From contig JAMONV010000006.1 in the NCBI GenBank assembly GCA_027066365.1, positions 3,532-67,531 on the forward strand: a stretch of 64,000 nucleotides of DNA, in the 5' to 3' direction. The translations under genes were made by a program, and so were the position numbers. Shown piece by piece: positions 41,067-49,719 of the stretch (the first letter of the stretch is position 1; every line of letters starts with the position of its first letter). The stretch comes from Flavobacteriales bacterium (GTDB lineage: Bacteria; Bacteroidota; Bacteroidia; Flavobacteriales; Flavobacteriaceae). The notes below the pieces were generated by a model. That model had not been told where the DNA came from. It searched no databases and worked only from the letters and a program-made list of their open reading frames with translations.

Positions 41067-42278
41067 TTATTCTTTGCCGTCCACGTAATCTTGTAAGTAT
41101 CGGTAACGCTCGGTGAGTTGTCCGTTCCGGGTCATACGAGCACGTTCCAAAATACCGTCTTTATCGCCTTCGATAAGCGCCGGGATAATGTGTTTCACGA
41201 ATTGTTCGCCGAATCCTTCGGAAGCGTCACGGGCGATTTCATTGGGTAAATTATCGACGGCCATAACGGCTATGGCATTATTGTTGTGATAATCGGTTTC
41301 TTTCCCGGTTCCGGGATCATAGCCGTAGACAGGATTGTCAATAGTGGAAGCGCGGATTGTTGTGGCTATGGGACCGCCGATGTCGCAGCTGATATCCGCC
41401 ACCACACGGATTTTATTGCCGGGCGATTGGAGATGTTTGCGAGTAAGGATATAGGGAGCGCCTTGTCCGTAGAAGTGTCCGGCGATATAGATATCGGCGA
41501 CTTTGGTGAATTTTTCGAAGTCGCCTTCGAAGCGTTCGGGATGCGTAAAAAATTCCCGAAAGTCGAAGGGTTTTCCTTCTTTGTGTTTGTTATACCAATC
41601 CACGTCGATTTGAGTATAAACGGGTTCATTGAATTTTTCATTAAGAAAAGTTTCGGGAGAAACTTCGCGAATTCCCATGGCGTCAAGGATTTCTTTGGCG
41701 CCGGAACCGACACGCCCTTTTCCGGTCAATACGATTTTGACGGGCGGCATTTGGGGATAAATTTTTCGAAGGGTTTCAATCAGTTCTTGTTTGTCTTTGA
41801 GATCAATTGCGCGTGGTATTTCAAACAGTCCGCTTTTTAGTCCGAAGGTGCGAATGGCGTTGTAAGCGCCGACTACGCCTGCATAATATCCGAAAGCTAC
41901 TAAACGGTTTCCATCGGGACCGGTGAGGGTTTCGTGATCATAAAGTTCGATGTTTTTGTCCAATATGGCTTGAAGAAGTTTACGGTTATGGGGTTGTTTT
42001 TTGATGGTATGGGAAAAGAAAAAATATTTTTTTCCGGGAATTAAGGCTTCGACGGGCACTTCTTTAACACCGAGCAATACGTCGGCATCGGAGACGTCGT
42101 TTACTACGGGTACGCCGGCTTGTTTGTATTCGTTATCGGAGAAAGCGCGATGTGGCGAAGTTTCCGCGATAATTTCCAATCCGGGATATTTTTCCATAAG
42201 ATTTCGGGCTTGCCGGGGTGTGAGCACCACGCGTCGGTCGGGGGGATTTTTTCGTTCTTTGATAAGTGCTATTTTCAT
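41067..42278 (-). CDS. Alanine dehydrogenase/PNT-N-domain oxidoreductase, saccharopine-dehydrogenase-like
   Basis: Start set at MKIALIKERK (42278). Rossmann GxGxxG (LTGKGRVGSGA). Overall resemblance to the LOR/SDH family is from memory only. Confidence 0.65.
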   Translation of the reverse strand: MKIALIKERKNPPDRRVVLTPRQARNLMEKYPGLEIIAETSPHRAFSDNEYKQAGVPVVNDVSDADVLLGVKEVPVEALIPGKKYFFFSHTIKKQPHNRKLLQAILDKNIELYDHETLTGPDGNRLVAFGYYAGVVGAYNAIRTFGLKSGLFEIPRAIDLKDKQELIETLRKIYPQMPPVKIVLTGKGRVGSGAKEILDAMGIREVSPETFLNEKFNEPVYTQIDVDWYNKHKEGKPFDFREFFTHPERFEGDFEKFTKVADIYIAGHFYGQGAPYILTRKHLQSPGNKIRVVADISCDIGGPIATTIRASTIDNPVYGYDPGTGKETDYHNNNAIAVMAVDNLPNEIARDASEGFGEQFVKHIIPALIEGDKDGILERARMTRNGQLTERYRYLQDYVDGKE

Positions 42279-42378
42279 TATTATATGTTTTCGGGTTGAA
42301 TCCATGCAAATTTAAGGAAAAAGTGCCGGTATTTTCGGGACGGGACGTAATTGCGAAAAATTGTTTACTTTTGGTTTT

Positions 42379-43830
42379 ATGGAAAAGAAATCCGTCATTG
42401 TTCATCCGTTTGAAGCATTTATTCCTTTGGTTTTTTTGATTGTATTGTTGATTATCAATGTTCGGATTTTTCATGATGATGCAACGTCGGGGCCGAATCA
42501 GTTTGCTTTGATTTTGGGGGGCATTGTGGCGGGCGCTATTGGTTTTACGAAGGGGATCGGCTATGATGCGATGTTGTGTAAAGTCAGTCGCAATATAGCG
42601 TCGGTTTCTGGTGCTATTATGATTTTGCTTTTTGTGGGTGCTTTGACGGGGATTTGGCTATTGAGCGGCATTATTCCCACGATGATATATTACGGTTTGG
42701 AATTGCTCAATCCCGTTTTTTTTCCGCTTTCCGCTTTGGTTATTTCCGCATTGATTTCATTGGTGATAGGAAGTTCATGGAGCACGACGGCTACAATTGG
42801 CGTAGCTATGATGGGTATTGGGACGGCATTGGGATATTCTCCCGGATTAATAGCCGGCGCGGTGATTTCGGGAGCATATTTCGGTGATAAAATTTCGCCT
42901 TTGTCCGATACGACCAATTTGGCGTCGGCGGTGGCGGGTGTGGATCTTTTTACACATGTCCGGTATATGCTTTATACGACCGTTCCTTCCATTTCGATTG
43001 CGGCGGTTTTGTTTTTGCTTTTGGGTTTGCATCACACGAGCGGAGAAATTTCCGATCACCGGCTTTTATTGCAGGAAATCAAGCGAGTTTTTCATATATC
43101 GCCCTGGTTGTTTTCGGTTCCTTTGTTGGTGATTGCGTTGATTGTGATGAAAACGCGTCCGTTGATTGCTTTGTTTGCCGGTGTGTTTGCCGGGATGTTT
43201 GCCGCATTGGTTTTCCAAAGGGATTTATTGTCGGAATTGGCCGGAGGCGGATATGAAGCGGGCGCATTTTATCGCGTGATTACCCAAGCGATTGTGGGTA
43301 AATTGTCGATTGATACGCACAATGCCATTTTAAAGGAATTGTTTACGAGCGACGGCATGACCGGGATGTTATCCACCATTTGGTTGATTATCAGTGCGAT
43401 GTTTTTCGGGGGTGTTATGGAGGCTATTGGTGCATTGAAACGCATTAGCGAATTGTTATTGAGTGCATTCAAAGGAATTTTCGGCTTGTTTCTTTCCACC
43501 GATTTGACTTGCTTGTTTTTTAATGCCACCGCATCGGATCAATATCTGGCGATTGTGGTTCCGGGGAAGATGTATAAACAAGCGTTTGAAGACAAGGGAT
43601 TGGCGCCGGAAAATTTAAGCCGCACTTTGGAAGATTCGGGGACGGTGACTTCGGTTTTAGTACCGTGGAATACGGGGGGTGCTTATAATTCCAAGGTGCT
43701 TGGTGTCCCTACGACGGAATATTTGCCTTATGCTTTTTTTAATTTGATAAGTCCTGTAATGACACTGATTTTTGCCGCATTTCGTATTAAAATTCGTATG
43801 CGCAAAGTATCGAGGGAAAATTTGGCCTGA
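42379..43830 (+). CDS. nhaC: Na+/H+ antiporter NhaC family
   Basis: About 480-aa, 11-12 TM protein with NhaC-like blocks. Start at ATG 42379 (the listed ORF starts at an upstream TTG). A TACTTTTG -7-like box ends 5 nt before the ATG, so the mRNA may be leaderless. Confidence 0.75.
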   Translation: MEKKSVIVHPFEAFIPLVFLIVLLIINVRIFHDDATSGPNQFALILGGIVAGAIGFTKGIGYDAMLCKVSRNIASVSGAIMILLFVGALTGIWLLSGIIPTMIYYGLELLNPVFFPLSALVISALISLVIGSSWSTTATIGVAMMGIGTALGYSPGLIAGAVISGAYFGDKISPLSDTTNLASAVAGVDLFTHVRYMLYTTVPSISIAAVLFLLLGLHHTSGEISDHRLLLQEIKRVFHISPWLFSVPLLVIALIVMKTRPLIALFAGVFAGMFAALVFQRDLLSELAGGGYEAGAFYRVITQAIVGKLSIDTHNAILKELFTSDGMTGMLSTIWLIISAMFFGGVMEAIGALKRISELLLSAFKGIFGLFLSTDLTCLFFNATASDQYLAIVVPGKMYKQAFEDKGLAPENLSRTLEDSGTVTSVLVPWNTGGAYNSKVLGVPTTEYLPYAFFNLISPVMTLIFAAFRIKIRMRKVSRENLA

Positions 43831-43837
43831 AAATTGT

Positions 43838-43845
43838 TATCTTTG
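43838..43845 (+). promoter_or_regulatory. Bacteroidetes-type -7 promoter element upstream of the DUF4252 gene
   Basis: TATCTTTG lies 20 nt upstream of ATG 43866. Confidence 0.4.
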
Positions 43846-43865
43846 AATGTGTAAATCAATCGAAT

Positions 43866-44375
43866 ATGAGGAAAATTTATTTATTAGTCCTGTTTTCGGG
43901 GATATTTCAATTTTTGCAAGGACAATATTTCGAGCGGAAATTTGAAAGCAACGATAATGTGGATATGGTGGTAGTGACCAAGGATATGTTTTCTTTGATC
44001 AATGAAATCGGTTCATCGAAAGATGGGGATTTAAAAAATTTTTATGCACAACTGGAATATTTGGGGATGTTCGGTTCTACGGCGTCGTCGGGGGCTTTAA
44101 AGTCCGAAGCAATGCAATATGTAGCCCAAAACGGAATGAAATTATTAGTAAAAATAAAGAATCCGAATAAAATAGCCACTTTCTATTACATTCCCGATAC
44201 GAAAAAAGGGTATGCCAAGGAATTGCTTCTTTTGATTGAATATTCCGGCGAGAAACGAGTTTCTGTTTTGCATGTTATGGGGCATATCAATATGAAAAAA
44301 ATTTCCTTGCTGGCACTTCAAGCCACACGCATTGATCGTGATATTTTGAAGAAAGCCGAAGAATCCGTACATTAA
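43866..44375 (+). CDS. DUF4252-like secreted protein
   Basis: Signal peptide. The pattern of blocks (MVVVTKDMFSL ... LEYLGMFGS ... LLLLIE) resembles DUF4252. No adjacent ECF sigma factor. Confidence 0.55.
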   Translation: MRKIYLLVLFSGIFQFLQGQYFERKFESNDNVDMVVVTKDMFSLINEIGSSKDGDLKNFYAQLEYLGMFGSTASSGALKSEAMQYVAQNGMKLLVKIKNPNKIATFYYIPDTKKGYAKELLLLIEYSGEKRVSVLHVMGHINMKKISLLALQATRIDRDILKKAEESVH

Positions 44376-44442
44376 TCGTTGGTTTTTTTTTGGGCTTTGA
44401 TAGATTAATGGACAGGGGTTTGGAATGTTGTTGTGGTTGTTT

Positions 44443-45621
44443 TTACGGATGGGTATTTTCAATAGTTCCGACGATGCTTTGAGCTATTGCCAATGAAGCT
44501 GTGGCGGCGGGTGAAGGAGCATTGACGACATAAGTGATTTTTCCTTCTTTTTCGATGATAAAATCGTCGATAAGGTTTCCGGATTTGTCCACCACTTGTG
44601 CACGAATACCCGAAGGGTGCGGAATCAAATCGGAAGGGTGAATTCCGGGTATCCAACGGGATACTTCACGGGTAAATTGCCGCTTCGACAGGGAACGAAT
44701 CATTTCGCTAATACCGATTTTGCCGTAGCGTAATGCAAGTTTCCAAAATCCTGGCCAAGTGAAGGTTTCGGTGGTATCGCGCAGGTTGAAAGCGGTTTTG
44801 CGATAGGCTTCGCGGCCGAATGCCAGCACGGCATTGGGACCGGCGGTTACTTTATTGTTGATATGTCGTGTTATGTGTATACCGAGAAACGGAAATCGCG
44901 GATCGGGGACGGGGTAAACCAAACCATTAATTTTCTTTGCCTGTCCGGGTTTTAGTTTGAAATATTCACCGCGAAACGGAATAATGCGGTATTTTTTTCC
45001 GAATAAGCGGTCGCTATGCAATCCTGCACACACCACCACACGATCGGCTTTAATATTTCCCCGATTGGTAATAAGGTTAGGGCGGCCGGGTTTTTCCAAC
45101 GCCAATACTTGATGATTGTAAAGTATTTCACCACCGTTGAGTGTAATGATTTCCGCCAGAGTGTCCGTTACTTTTGTAAAATCGATAACACCGGTTTGAG
45201 GGACACGAATGGCTTTTAAACCCTTGATGTGGGGTTCGTATTTAGCGATAGCTTTTTTATCCAGAATTTCCAAATCATCCAGTCCGTTTTTACGCCCGTT
45301 TTCATAGAGTTTGTATAACCTGTTAAATTCCCCGGGCGAACGGGCGACAATCAATTTTCCGCTAATACGGAAAGGAATGTCATAGAAGCGGGCAAAATGG
45401 AGTATCATTTCATAGCCTTGGCGGCAAAGGTGTGCTTTCTTGGTTCCGGGTTTATAATAGATTCCCGAGTGGATAACGCCGCTATTACGACCAGTTTGAT
45501 GCAATGCATGTATGGGTTCTTTTTCAAGAACGATAATTTTGACGCCGGGAAAGTTTTTTTGAGCTTGCCAAGCGGTAGCCAATCCGACGATCCCGGCGCC
45601 AATGACAACGATATTTTTCAT
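44443..45621 (-). CDS. lhgO: L-2-hydroxyglutarate oxidase-like FAD-dependent oxidoreductase
   Basis: N-terminal VVIGAGIVGLATA dinucleotide fold. About 392 aa, DAO-family body resembling LhgO. Confidence 0.75.
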   Translation of the reverse strand: MKNIVVIGAGIVGLATAWQAQKNFPGVKIIVLEKEPIHALHQTGRNSGVIHSGIYYKPGTKKAHLCRQGYEMILHFARFYDIPFRISGKLIVARSPGEFNRLYKLYENGRKNGLDDLEILDKKAIAKYEPHIKGLKAIRVPQTGVIDFTKVTDTLAEIITLNGGEILYNHQVLALEKPGRPNLITNRGNIKADRVVVCAGLHSDRLFGKKYRIIPFRGEYFKLKPGQAKKINGLVYPVPDPRFPFLGIHITRHINNKVTAGPNAVLAFGREAYRKTAFNLRDTTETFTWPGFWKLALRYGKIGISEMIRSLSKRQFTREVSRWIPGIHPSDLIPHPSGIRAQVVDKSGNLIDDFIIEKEGKITYVVNAPSPAATASLAIAQSIVGTIENTHP

Positions 45622-45628
45622 GGTTATT

Positions 45629-47134
45629 TTATTCGGCCAAAGGTAGCATTCCGTGATGGAAAATCCATGCTACAAGGTATGCAACCGGTGCGATAATGAC
45701 AAATAAAGCAATGGCATACAATAAGGTAAGTTTTCCCATGCCACGCATTTTTCGAAAATCCGTGATGATTCCGATGCTTAGAAATGTGAGCATGAAGAGG
45801 AATTTCCGGAAAGAACCTTGCACCAGATGTGCGCCTTCCTTGATGGCCGGTGCAATGTCTTTGGCAAAGTAGAAAAGCGCCGTGAGTCCGAACCAAGCTA
45901 CCAGATATGCCAATACGAATTTGGGTAACCTGTGCCAAAGTTCCATTTTCGGTATTTTTTTCTTGTCGCTGCGATTTTCCACTTTACGTAACCATACGAT
46001 GGCCAACACAAAGGCCCAGATTCCGATAAAAATATCAATCCAAATTTTGGTAAGAATGGCGGCGCTGAGGATAGAGTCTTTATCCCAATTTTCTCCGGTT
46101 TGTTTGAGGTGCCGGGCATGGTGCAATTCGGCTAAAATGGCGCCGGCGGCGGCATCGGCACCGTCGGTTTTTACGGTCATTCCCATGGCGGCTCCGTTTA
46201 CGATAGGTTCGTTGGGTGCGATGCCGACATAGGCGGGTGGTAAAATAATCAATTCAAACATGGCAAAAATGATAATCAATGTGGAAACCGCTACGGGAAT
46301 AGCCGGTTTGGCGCGTATGGCGCCGGCCGTGGCAATGGAAGCCGAAACTCCGCAAATGGAGATGCCCGAGGACAAAACCGCAGCGGCATTTCGATTTAAT
46401 CCGAAATATTTCCGCCCGATGAAATAAACAATCGGCCAAAATAGTAAATAGGCAACGAATGCGGCGGCGGCACCGGCGGCCGTCAGCTCATAGGTAAAAC
46501 CGGCGGCTTTCATAGACATAATCGCCAATTTGGCACCTAGGAGCACAATGGCGGCTTTGATAAACCATTCGGGTTTTGCGGCTTCTTTCAGTTTTTCGGC
46601 CATAGTGGTGCCGGTGTTTCCGATAATCAAACCGGTTATCAAGGCCAAAATAAAAGCAAAACCTCCGCCCAATTGCAATCCCCAGGATAAATGATAAATT
46701 TCGAAGTAATTTTTCCCCTTAACCGTGGCATCCACGGCGGCAAAATGCGCCTCATGTCCGAGTATCCAAACGGTAAAGGTCAAAAAGAAAATGATTGTGA
46801 AGGCATAAATAAATTTTTTTAAATTCCATTTCATGAAAAAGGCCCCCGTCCCGGTCATTAATAAGAAAACAAAATACGAAAGCGCTAACACCGAGAGCGG
46901 GTGCCAATGACTATATGCATCGGATGATGTTTTCCATAGTTTAGACCAAGCAAAATCCGAGGTTAAATCGGTCCATTCCCAAATTTTCGGTTTGACCATC
47001 CAACCGACAGCGTCTATATCCCATATAAATAATAATCCCAATGCCACCAAAAACAATCCGAGCCAAGCGGCCCACCAGTCTTCGGTGTTTAACATACCCG
47101 AATACCATTTTTTGTTTGTCTGTTCTTGCTTCAT
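45629..47134 (-). CDS. YeiH/UPF0324-family membrane transporter (putative sulfate exporter family)
   Basis: Start set at MKQEQTNKK (47134). Polytopic, with the family-like block SSGISICGVSASIATAGAIRAKP. Confidence 0.65.
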   Translation of the reverse strand: MKQEQTNKKWYSGMLNTEDWWAAWLGLFLVALGLLFIWDIDAVGWMVKPKIWEWTDLTSDFAWSKLWKTSSDAYSHWHPLSVLALSYFVFLLMTGTGAFFMKWNLKKFIYAFTIIFFLTFTVWILGHEAHFAAVDATVKGKNYFEIYHLSWGLQLGGGFAFILALITGLIIGNTGTTMAEKLKEAAKPEWFIKAAIVLLGAKLAIMSMKAAGFTYELTAAGAAAAFVAYLLFWPIVYFIGRKYFGLNRNAAAVLSSGISICGVSASIATAGAIRAKPAIPVAVSTLIIIFAMFELIILPPAYVGIAPNEPIVNGAAMGMTVKTDGADAAAGAILAELHHARHLKQTGENWDKDSILSAAILTKIWIDIFIGIWAFVLAIVWLRKVENRSDKKKIPKMELWHRLPKFVLAYLVAWFGLTALFYFAKDIAPAIKEGAHLVQGSFRKFLFMLTFLSIGIITDFRKMRGMGKLTLLYAIALFVIIAPVAYLVAWIFHHGMLPLAE

Positions 47135-47154
47135 ATTCGTATGATTTATTTGTC

Positions 47155-47391
47155 TTATATATATAAAATGGTGTTGAAATAATGATTTTGATACTGATGA
47201 AACCATTGCGGTATGGTTTTCATATCAAAGCGTAGATACACTTCTATTTTTTGATCGGGAAATTTTTTTCGAATTTCTTCTGCCAATAATGTTTCCGCCG
47301 TCTTTAATTCCGTGTGACGGATGTCTATTCCGTTTCCCGTGATAATCCAATGCGGATGCCGGTAACCTAAAATGTATTCCATTCGTTTCAT
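47155..47391 (-). CDS. Hypothetical small soluble protein (78 aa)
   Basis: Internal start MKRMEY forms an ATGA overlap with the upstream micro-ORF stop. Lies 20 nt upstream of the transporter gene. No motif recognised. Confidence 0.4.
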   Translation of the reverse strand: MKRMEYILGYRHPHWIITGNGIDIRHTELKTAETLLAEEIRKKFPDQKIEVYLRFDMKTIPQWFHQYQNHYFNTILYI

Positions 47392-47522
47392 GAAAGAATC
47401 GTTGAATTGATGATAACGCCTAGGATAATCAATAAGGCGATGCCGGTTAAAATGCTGTAAATCACTAATTTGGTTTCCCATTTTTCCCAAGGTTCGGGGC
47501 CGGTAAAAAGATTTTTGTTCAT
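47388..47522 (-). CDS. Hypothetical single-TM micro-protein (44 aa)
   Basis: MNKNLFTGPEPWEKWETKLVIYSILTGIALLIILGVIINSTILS has one clear TM helix and is translationally coupled (ATGA) to the next ORF. Confidence 0.35.
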   Translation of the reverse strand: MNKNLFTGPEPWEKWETKLVIYSILTGIALLIILGVIINSTILS

Positions 47523-47867
47523 GACTTTTGTATTTCGGTTTTCGGCTTCAAATATAAAAATCAAAATGAAATAAAAAAATGATTTAAGTAAAATTTTCAT
47601 TTATTTTATCGATATAAAATTTTGTTGTGTTGTGTAATAAAATGGATAATAGGCAAATTAATATAAAATTCAGATATTTTTATAAAAAAATTTCACTAAT
47701 ATGTATAAATATAGGGAACTTTCGGGTATAAAGAGGAATTAATTTTAAGAATTAAGTCAAAAGGGATGGTACGGGAAAATTTATGTCATGATATCGAAAT
47801 CGGTTGAATTTGTGTTATTTATCATATTCAATCCGGGTGATTTGAGGAAAATTCATTGAAATTTTTA

Positions 47868-47875
47868 TAGTTTTG
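47868..47875 (+). promoter_or_regulatory. Bacteroidetes-type -7 promoter element upstream of nhaD
   Basis: TAGTTTTG lies 16 nt upstream of ATG 47892, at the end of a 291-bp AT-rich divergent spacer. Confidence 0.3.
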
Positions 47876-47891
47876 TGGGAAAAAATTTCTT

Positions 47892-49298
47892 ATGGATTAT
47901 TGGCATGTTGCAATTCCCTGGTTATTGGTAATTTTGTTTGTCATCGGTTATATTGCTATTGCCACGGAGCATTCGTTGCGGGTTGATAAGACGGTTCCGG
48001 CTTTGGTGATGGCGGCGATCTTGTGGACGGTTTTGAGTCTTGCGTTCAAAGGCGGTTGGATTTCCATTATCGACCCGGAGGGACATGTTTTTTCTTATTC
48101 GGATGGCGAAGTGGCGGAGGAAGGTTTTCGGAATATTTTGTTGCACCATTTGGCGAAGACTTCCGAGATATTGGTATTTTTGACGGGAGCGATGACGATT
48201 GTCGAGTTGATAGATTTGCACCGGGGTTTTGAGATTATAAAGGGATATATACGTACCAACAGCAAGCGTAAATTATTGTGGATTATTAGTATTTTGGCTT
48301 TTTTTCTTTCGGCGGTTATTGATAATTTGACCGCTACGATTGTTTTGATTACGCTTTTGCGCAAGCTCATTCATGACCGGAATACGAGACTTTGGTATGC
48401 TTCGATGATTGTGATTGCGGCCAATGCAGGCGGGGCATGGAGTCCTATCGGCGATGTGACGACCACGATGTTATGGATTGCCAATAAGATTTCGGTGGGT
48501 GGGTTGGTTGAGCATGTGGTGGCGCCTTCATTTTTAAATTTGGCGGTGCCGCTATTGATTGTGTCCTATTTTCCGGTTTTCAAGGGGAAAGTGCGCTATA
48601 AGAAGACCGGCGAGAAGGAGATGGAGAAACTGGAGCTATTGTTGAGTAGTAAGACTATGTTGATTGTCGGTTTGGGTTCGATAGTGATGGTGCCGGTATT
48701 TAAGGTTATCACGCATTTGCCTCCTTATATGGGGATGATGTTGGCGTTGGGTATAGTTTGGCTGGTGTCGGAAATGGTTCATCCGGAGGAGAATTTTTCG
48801 GAGGAGCGCAAGCATTTGTATTCGGCGCACCGGGCATTATCGCGCATTGAGATGTCGAGTATTTTGTTTTTCTTGGGTATATTATTGGCGGTAGCGACTT
48901 TGGAGACGGTGGTTTGGGGAAAAATTCCCATTGACGGCCGGATGGAATATGCGAATGCTTTGCAATATTTGGCTTATAAGTTGTCGGTAGTATTTCCGAG
49001 TCAAGAGATGGTGATCATTTTGTTGGGTATTTTGTCGTCCATTATTGACAATGTGCCTTTGGTTGCCGCTTCAATGAGCATGTTTAATTGGCCGTTTGAT
49101 GATGTTTATTGGCATCAAATTGCATATTCGGCCGGGACGGGCGGAAGTATTTTGATTATCGGCTCGGCGGCGGGAGTAGCAGCCATGGGCATGGAAAAGA
49201 TCAATTTCTTTTGGTATTTGAAAAAAATATCGTGGTTGGCTTTCCTTGGTTTTATGACCGGGTTTATTACGTTTTGGATCGAACATTTCTTTATCTGA
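47892..49298 (+). CDS. nhaD: Na+/H+ antiporter NhaD family (ArsB/NhaD permease superfamily)
   Basis: 468-aa polytopic protein with an NhaD-like N-terminus (IGYIAIATEHSLRVDKTVPAL) and IDNLTATIV / IDNVPLVAA repeats. Confidence 0.8.
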   Translation: MDYWHVAIPWLLVILFVIGYIAIATEHSLRVDKTVPALVMAAILWTVLSLAFKGGWISIIDPEGHVFSYSDGEVAEEGFRNILLHHLAKTSEILVFLTGAMTIVELIDLHRGFEIIKGYIRTNSKRKLLWIISILAFFLSAVIDNLTATIVLITLLRKLIHDRNTRLWYASMIVIAANAGGAWSPIGDVTTTMLWIANKISVGGLVEHVVAPSFLNLAVPLLIVSYFPVFKGKVRYKKTGEKEMEKLELLLSSKTMLIVGLGSIVMVPVFKVITHLPPYMGMMLALGIVWLVSEMVHPEENFSEERKHLYSAHRALSRIEMSSILFFLGILLAVATLETVVWGKIPIDGRMEYANALQYLAYKLSVVFPSQEMVIILLGILSSIIDNVPLVAASMSMFNWPFDDVYWHQIAYSAGTGGSILIIGSAAGVAAMGMEKINFFWYLKKISWLAFLGFMTGFITFWIEHFFI

Positions 49299-49310
49299 CG
49301 GTTGGTTGAT

Positions 49311-49440
49311 GTTAAAATCGTTAAACCGTTGAACCATGCAATCGCGGGGTGAGGCCCCGTCCCGCCCGTAATTTTCTTTGAAGTGCGAAGAACAAAACCG
49401 GAAAATCCGGTGCGGGATGGAATTGTTAAACCGTTGAACC
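49311..49440 (+). repeat. 130-nt structured intergenic element, copy A (second copy at 58166-58295)
   Basis: Hand alignment gives 127/130 identity with 58166-58295. Bounded by 16-nt direct repeats GTTAAACCGTTGAACC (49320-49335 and 49425-49440). Contains three hairpins and a closing helix (see findings). Confidence 0.85.
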
Positions 49441-49494
49441 GATTAATAGCTTCGCCGCACTTTAACCTTTTACCTTTTTCCTTAATGTTTAGAG

Positions 49495-49534
49495 CGTTAA
49501 ACCGTTGAATCGTGGAATCGTTAAATCGAATATT
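49495..49534 (+). repeat. 8-nt periodic micro-repeat array (CGTTAAAC CGTTGAAT CGTGGAAT CGTTAAAT CGAATATT)
   Basis: Five consecutive 8-mers share CG-T-AA- phasing. Related arrays are at 49319-49334, 49424-49447 and 58279-58318. Confidence 0.7.
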
Positions 49535-49582
49535 GGATTCGCCGCTTTGTCTCGTTTTCCGTTTCCCTTTTTTCTTCGTGAT

Positions 49583-49630
49583 AATTCGTGCAATTCGTGG
49601 TTTATTTTCTTGCCACGAATTTCACGAATT
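49583..49630. repeat. 18-bp near-perfect inverted repeat between convergent nhaD and the DUF2520-type gene
   Basis: AATTCGTGCAATTCGTGG (49583-49600) pairs with CCACGAATTTCACGAATT (49613-49630), with 1 mismatch and a 12-nt loop. There is no flanking U-run on either strand. Confidence 0.7.
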
Positions 49631-49719
49631 ACACTAAATCACTCCGGAAAATTGTTCATTATTCGTTAAAAAAATCTGTTTTCCCGTTTCCCATATTCCG
49701 TTAAATTTGTAAGAGGGAG

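Noticed and set aside
45624-45938. The 104-aa minus-strand ORF overlapping the end of the YeiH-like gene.
   Set aside because: It is an alternative frame of the transporter gene with no independent signal.
49319-49534. The short phased repeats as a CRISPR array.
   Set aside because: The repeat unit is only 8 nt with no spacers, and no cas genes are in the window. It is a tandem micro-repeat, not repeat-spacer architecture.
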